This document shows positions 57,350 through 64,000 of a stretch of 64,000 nt of DNA, piece after piece (within the stretch, counting starts at the first letter, position 1; every line of letters begins with the position of its first letter). Both the position numbers and the translations under genes were made by a program. Origin of the DNA: Octopus sinensis (Eukaryota). The stretch is from contig NC_043012.1 in NCBI RefSeq assembly GCF_006345805.1, positions 47,120,001-47,184,000 on the forward strand, given 5' to 3'. The notes under the pieces were generated by a model, which saw nothing but the letters and a program-made list of their open reading frames with translations, was not told where the DNA came from and did no database searches.

Positions 57350-58841
57350 CAATATATGCTTGTATGAACGTGAGTGTTGTATGAGCACCTGCATGTGCGT
57401 GTGAGCGTGTGTGTGTCTGTTCATGTGTGCGTGTGTGCGTGTGTGCATGTGTGTGTCGAAACTCAGAGAAAAATAATTTGACCTTTTAAACAGCTGTAAG
57501 TTATTGATGTATTTGTGTATGCTAAATCGTCTCGGAAATTTTTCAGCTGTTTGTACAAAACATTGTCGATAGTACCTGTACATATATATTTCTTCTGATG
57601 TTCCTAATTAGCAGTAGCTAACAGTTTTGATTTGTTGATATGTGTCCAGTGTCTCCGAGCGAAAATCCTGACAGAATGTATACACGTGCTGTAAAGATAG
57701 CTTAAAGAATCAGGTGAAAAACCTAAAGACAATATGGCGATCACAGACAGAAATGTGATTCATTAAGTATTATTCTACGAAATCTAATTTACTGAGAAAT
57801 AGCTATTTGTTTAGATCTTTTATTAATTGAATAAATCGCTTCTGATAAATTTTGTTTTTATTCCAATCTATTGTCAATTAACTGGTTGAAATGACAACAC
57901 ACACTCAACTTTAGTTATGAAGGGATTTATTTACCAATTGTATCATTATTCTATGTAGATATTGGCAACGTTATCTTATATCTGGCAATTTGAAACAAGA
58001 TTACAGAGAACAGTTTTAGTGCCTTTAGGTTAAGCAATCTCAAAGGGATATTTCTAATAGAAAATCATTAATTCTAATATATGTAACAAGATAAATGATA
58101 CCACAGATACTTGTCAGAATGACACGACTCTGAACTAAATAAAGTATACTTTTGTAGGTTTGAAGAACACTCGGCCACAAAATAGGCATATATTTCTTAA
58201 GTTGACAAACATGTTGACAACATACACTGGAGTAATAATTTATGAGTGATTCATTCGCCTATGACCTTTCGACAAAATCTAATATTTTATCTAAGCATCA
58301 AATTATGTCAGTATCTCATGAATATTTATGTTCATGAGAAGGATTTGCCTCGGAGATTTCCCAGTAGAGATAATACTAAAACTTATCGGCAGCTGTATCT
58401 TAACGTGTAGGTCATGCATGATAATTTGTTTAGATAGTGACATATTTGATATTTATGTAACGTATATACATATTCTACCCTTATATGTACCCTTATTTGT
58501 CAACGTATTTTTGTCGGCGAAAATATTACAAAAGATGATAGGTTGGATTGCACCTGTCCTAGTGTCCGAACGCTTTGAAAAAGAATCTTTAGTGTTTGAA
58601 TATATGCCATTTTAAAGTAGCCGTTCAGTAACAAGATTGCTCTCTTCTTACAAAAGGGTGGAGAAACTAGACATGGATTGATCTCACAGTTGACCGAGAA
58701 CGATGTTCCAACAGCACCACCTATCAAATTTCTGAAGTTTCCAAATGCATTCAGTTATTGCCCTGTAGTTAGGGACTAGATACAGGTTTCACGATTCATG
58801 AATGCAGAAATTAGTCGACCACAGTAAATATTACGATCAGA
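56954..58841. repeat. About 271-bp direct duplication (56954-57224, 58570-58841)
   Basis: Colinear from acgctttgaaaa to ttacgatcaga with roughly ten substitutions. Confidence 0.92.
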
Positions 58842-59653
58842 CCTAAATACGGCTTCGCAAAGAATCAGATTATCATTCTCAACATATATATTAAGAACGC
58901 CTTCATAAATCGATATTACTAATTTATCGTTTCGTGATGATTTGAAAGTAATCGACTCTAGAAGGATCAGAAAATTACCGGCAAAACAACGAGAATAGCA
59001 AAATAGGTCAAGGTTCAAAACCGACTTAAATGTAACTCCCAACTAGAGGACGAATACACCATGAGATTGAGGATAGCTCGAAAGACAAACCTGTAACTCA
59101 AATGTGGCGAATTGGCTGACTGATTAGTGTGTTGGATAGAATATCTCCTGGTGCCTTGTGCCGATTCTGTGCTGTCTGAGAACCTCTCTCGTCGAAATCA
59201 GCATTGTTTCCCATCAATTCACGGTCAACAAATACATTTAAATTCAGAGCACTTGGAAGTCGGAACTTTTAAAGTATTGGGCAAGTGGACTCGCGGCTCT
59301 TTGCATTGTTTAAGGAACGCACGAGAGGACACTCCTACTAAGCTTCATCAGACGCTGTCGGCAGCATGTCCCTTACATAAATAACGATGTCTATGAATTG
59401 CGAAGAGGGTAAAAATGAGAGTTAGGACACTTTAATTTGAAATCTGAAGAATTTTATGCCCGAGAGAATAACAGTGTGGCATATAGAAGAGACTATGTTA
59501 TAAATAGTGTGGGAAAATTATATTTTCTTTAGCACATTAGTTAACAGGCCAACGAAGCATTCTTTCTTTCCCCTCTTGAAATGTAACAGAAACTTATTTC
59601 CAACAGTATATGTATATGTAAAAATACATATACTACATATACATACATACAAA

Positions 59654-59701
<48 letters not shown>

Positions 59702-59715
59702 ACACACACACACTA

Positions 59716-59749
<34 letters not shown>

Positions 59750-60182
59750 ATATCTATATAAGAGCAAAACGCACCCCGTCCAATGGACGGTGCTGAATTG
59801 TCAAACACTTAAACCAAATTTTCTCAAAACAACTTGTCTGACCGTCCCATTTTGTGGCATTATTTGAAGCCAGCAGGCTTTCTTGCGCAAACTGCATGTG
59901 CATTTTTCTCGCGTACGCGTAGTATCGATCGCAACAGCTGATGTACTTGCGCGTACAAATGCATGTTCCCACGGCTTTATCGATTTCATTCTCACCTAGA
60001 ATCGTTTTTTTGTAATCTTTTCAAGACTTATACACGCCCTGATACCGTTGGTATCTACATATCAAATTTGAGTGCAATCGGATGGAGGATACCCGAGGTG
60101 ATAGAAGACACACACAGACAGACAGAACGGATTTTATATAATAGATATATATATACCTGCATACATACATAAAAACATACAC

Positions 60183-60709
60183 TCGAGGTCTGAGATTAAT
60201 AAGTATCCGGACTGTTGCCGCAGTAACGAATCTTTAGAACGCAGAGTGAAACCCCTTGGCAAAGACTGACCTTGAACTCTGCTGTGCATGCGCCCTATGT
60301 TTAAACGCTCTAGCTCACTTCAGCTGTTTACAGCAGTGTTTTGTGCCAAATTGCTTTCCGCTGACCAAAAGGATACTCGGATTTCAGTTGCACAGAATCT
60401 CCTTGATTGTGCCGAGAACAAAGAAAACATTTGAAAACCTTTCGTCGGCCTCCGAGCAGGTATCGCCAAATTTTGCCAAAATTTGGCGAAGATTCTCTGC
60501 TCAACATTCTCTATGTTCAATGCGACTATCATACGCTACATACCTTCCTTCAAAGCACTACTGTAAACAGCGGAAGTGAACTAGAACATTAAAATTTACT
60601 GCACATGCACAGCAGAGATCGCAATGAATCTGCGCTAAGCGGATTCACTGCGTTTTTTTAGCTTCGTTAATATGGCAACAGTCCGGATACCTATTGATCT
60701 GACCACGCA
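60183..60709 (-). mobile_element. Internally deleted mariner element with imperfect TIRs of about 45 bp
   Basis: Left aagtatccggactgttgcc pairs with right ggcaacagtccggatac. Minus-strand EQRIFAKFWQNL resembles a mariner transposase N-terminus. Confidence 0.7.
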
Positions 60710-60756
60710 TACACACACTCACACATACACACATACACATATGCTACATATACACA

Positions 60757-62005
60757 CAGACATGCAGGAAGTAAATAGACACCAATGATTTTCAAAATCT
60801 TTTATCTAATACGCAAAGGGAACATTTGAAATGTAAACGATAGGCCGGACATTCCCATTTAGTTGACATTCCCTTTGCAGTTTTTAATTCAGAAACCCTT
60901 TTTGGCATTGAGCTGATGAGCTTTATGATTGTCTCTCGTGGAATTTCAGCCCACTTTTCATGGAACAATCGAAACAATTCATCATTAGATTTATGTTTCT
61001 GTCGAGTCTTTTGTATAGCTCTCTCTAGTATGCTCCAAAGATTTTCAATTGGGTTCATGTCGGGAGATTGGCTCGGCCAAGGAAGCTTTTTGATCCCATT
61101 TTCAGTCAGCCATTGTTGATTCCTTTTCGCTGTGTGGCATGGAGCCCCATCTTTCATGAATAAAAACTCATTTTGCATTATATTATTGTGCGAATATATC
61201 GGAAGTAGTCCTTGCTTAAGTATTCGATGTATTTTTCAGAGTTTATTTTTCCAACACATTCGATCAGCTCAGAGCGACCAATGCAGGTGACAACTCCCCA
61301 TACCATTACAGAGATACCACCATATTTCATAGTTGGTTGGAGTCGTTTCAAATCAATTCTTTATTGAGAAGCCTCCAGATCTAAACACGTCCACTGTCTG
61401 AAAATAATACAATTCTGGATTCATCTGAGAAAATCACTCTATCCCAAAATGAACTGGATTTTTCTGACATCTCCTTAACCCATTTCATTCTTTTCATAAT
61501 ATTAATTGGTTTTCTTCTAGCTGCTCGTCCATAATACCCAAGCTTATGCAGATGTGTAACACACGTTCATGGACTAACTTCTAGCTGTTTTGCAATGCCA
61601 GAAGGCTTCGAACGCGGTTCGTTTTCCACAATTCTCTTCAAACAAGGAAGGTTCCTTTCCGAGGACCCAGTTCGGCAGAGACGAGAATCTGTTGATTTTT
61701 TTCCTTGGCATTTGAGTTGCACTATAGTCCTATTAATAGTAGCAAGAGGAATTTAAAGATTTTCAGTAATTTTTGCTGTCTAAGCCCAGCTTCAGATTGC
61801 CCTACAATACGACCTCTTTGAAAATCTGACATTTCTGCTGAATTTTTTTGTGCGTGGCATGGTTCCTCTTAGCAAATGTTTAATATAATGGCAGCTGGAA
61901 ATAAAAAATAATAATTACATCGTAAATTCTACACTGCTGAAAACATGTTAAGACGCTTAGATCAGACATTTTGAAAATTAAAGGTGTCTCTTTACTTCCT
62001 GCATG

Positions 62006-62009
<4 letters not shown>
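60757..62009 (-). mobile_element. Tc1 transposon, near complete (1253 bp), DD34E transposase pseudogene (ATG at 61860)
   Basis: TIRs cagacatgcaggaagtaaa(t/g)agacacc at 60757 and, inverted, ending at 62009 followed by TA. Motifs SDFQRGRIVG, IFSDES, MKDGAPCH and WPSQSPDMNPIENLW, with 34 residues between D and E. Frameshifted. Confidence 0.92.
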
Positions 62010-62048
<39 letters not shown>

Positions 62049-62062
62049 TCGGTACATATACT

Positions 62063-62109
<47 letters not shown>

Positions 62110-62860
62110 TATATATATATGTATATACACTAGAGAGAATTTAAACTGGAGTTTAACGGTCATAGCCAAATTTGAGTCCTGTATTTAAACTAACGTTCAT
62201 TAATTTTGCTATATCAACAAGAATGTAAGTGTATGTGTGTGTGTCTACACGCAGGCGCGTGTGTTTGTACGTGTGTGTGTTTGTATGTGTATACACGCAT
62301 GTATGTGTACACATACTTATATATGAATCACAGGGTAGTTATGAAACTATTTTGTCGGCAAATATTAAAATAAACATCACTCAATACCAGGAGAAATAGA
62401 AATGTAAAAAGAAGAAAAATAAAAGTTTTAAGTAGATCCAAATTATCAATTGTAACGTCAGAAAATACTCTCAAATAAATTGCTCTCATTTATCGTAGAT
62501 TTGCTGTCTACTCTTCATAAATCTATTCAGTACTATTGATCCCGTCTTAACTAATTGTTTTAACTAGACGTATATTTAATTATAGATGACGAAATTTTGT
62601 ATCAACTACAGGCATCGCCAGAATCAAACAGACACCTCACGTGGGCTACACGCGCATCGCGTCAATTTCATTGGTTTATTTCGATCGATATGGCGAACTT
62701 TGAACTTTGCTTGTACATTTAAATTTAGGTGTATTTGAGTTTGTATATATTTGTGTGAGTGTTTGTGAATATATATATATATATGTATGTAAGTATGTAT
62801 GTATGTGTGTGTGTGTGTCTGCATGTGTGTGTCTGTGTGTGTGTGTGTGTATGTGCGTAC

Positions 62861-62907
<47 letters not shown>

Positions 62908-63261
62908 GAGAAGGAGATAGAAAGATAGATATATCGCTAGATACACCATCATCCTCATCATCATCATCTTCATCATCATCAACAACATCAACATCAGCAT
63001 TAAACTTCGCGACGTAATCTTCACGGAATTTCCAAACAAAAGTTCTTGTAAATTAAATATTGCCGATGTCTCAGCATTGAGTTTAAAAGGTAAGTGGTAA
63101 ATTCTCATACACGATGTGAACAAAATCTCTCGGAATTTATCTTTTTCTGTGCGTTCTATTTCGAGGAATATATATGTCAAAGCCATGCTGTGAAAGTGAG
63201 AAAACACAACTGAGACCAGCAGCGTACGGCTTTTGGTAAAATAAATAAATTAGCTTCACAT

Positions 63262-63480
63262 ACAGTAATCCTTCGATTATCGCGGATGTTACGTTCCAAA
63301 ATCTCCCACAGAAATAATTAAAACCTAAAAAAATATAAATACCTATCGGCCGCAGAAACCCGGATATACTGATGAGTCCCTATATAAATTTACATATATT
63401 AGCCAGAAACATGCGCGATAGGTGAACCGTGATGTATTGAGTGCGGGATCGGTGAACCGCGATATGGCATGGGATTTAGA
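63262..63480. mobile_element. Possible pogo/Tigger-type MITE remnant
   Basis: Starts TA-cagtaatccttcg and has repeated aaccgcgat/cgcgata subterminal motifs. The right end (gggattta) is degenerate. Confidence 0.45.
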
Positions 63481-64000
63481 TATACTCGGCAAAAATTTTA
63501 GACGTAATATACACGTACATGACAAGAGAGCTATTATTCACTTGATGATTAAACGTCGTTTAAATATAATTTATCATTTAGCAAAAAGCAATGGTATGGG
63601 ATGTAATACGCTAGAACATAAAACGGAACTTCTTATATACAATTGGAATGAAATATTCAGCAACTTATTTAGTAACAAGTTTTATTCTGGAATGCTTGTA
63701 TATAGTTCTGCTCGTATATAGTATATAGTACATGGTTCAGCAAATTATATTTGTTTGGACGGTCAACATTTGATGTGGTTTTAGAGTGAAGTTTTGACTG
63801 CTATATCTAGCATGGTGGTAACTTTTAAATACCCTTAATTTTAATTTTAATAATTATAATTATTACCTATGACGTTTTTATTCCCAAGATAGCCACTTGA
63901 TATGATCGATATTTTAAATAACGATCTTGTCCATATATATATATATATAGTCGCCATGATAGATCGTTAGCCACTACACACATTTTTTCACTCCTTTTTT

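Noticed and set aside
62600-62720. CpG-containing patch with CACGTG and ATTGG motifs (promoter-like)
   Set aside because: Short motifs are expected by chance and there is no associated gene or transcript evidence.
63360-63415. CTGATGAGTCC...GAAAC, a classic-looking hammerhead start
   Set aside because: No GGAC partner for stem II, and it lies within a probable MITE.

Overview
Eukaryotic, AT-rich, microsatellite-saturated non-genic (intergenic or intronic) DNA. The SINE families and (TA)n/(TAA)n density suggest a coleoid cephalopod (Octopus-like); this is inference. I found no intact host protein-coding gene, and most ORFs in the track are microsatellite artefacts. Recognisable content: (1) at least 7 loci (8 segments) of R4/Dong-like RT+REL non-LTR retrotransposons from about 4 subfamilies, most with their 3' end in a (TAA)n tract; (2) RTE and CR1/L2-group LINE fragments; (3) three tRNA-derived SINE families; (4) Tc1 (DD34E), maT-like and mariner DNA transposons plus MITEs; (5) a 1.35-kb tandem duplication; (6) an unusual number of near-perfect foldbacks (278-bp, 88-bp and 52-bp arms). 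The most interesting signal is a small non-coding element family at 30874-32517. It carries two same-strand minimal type-I hammerhead ribozyme motifs 537 nt apart (CUGAUGA...GAAA-CGCGUC, with a palindromic ACGCGU in place of stem III), one of them in the loop of a long foldback. Two more degenerate hammerhead-like motifs lie on the minus strand at about 35.8 kb and 56.1 kb. This matches Penelope-like/retrozyme architecture and predicts a self-cleaved, possibly circular, 537-nt RNA. All coordinates were read by eye and element boundaries are approximate.
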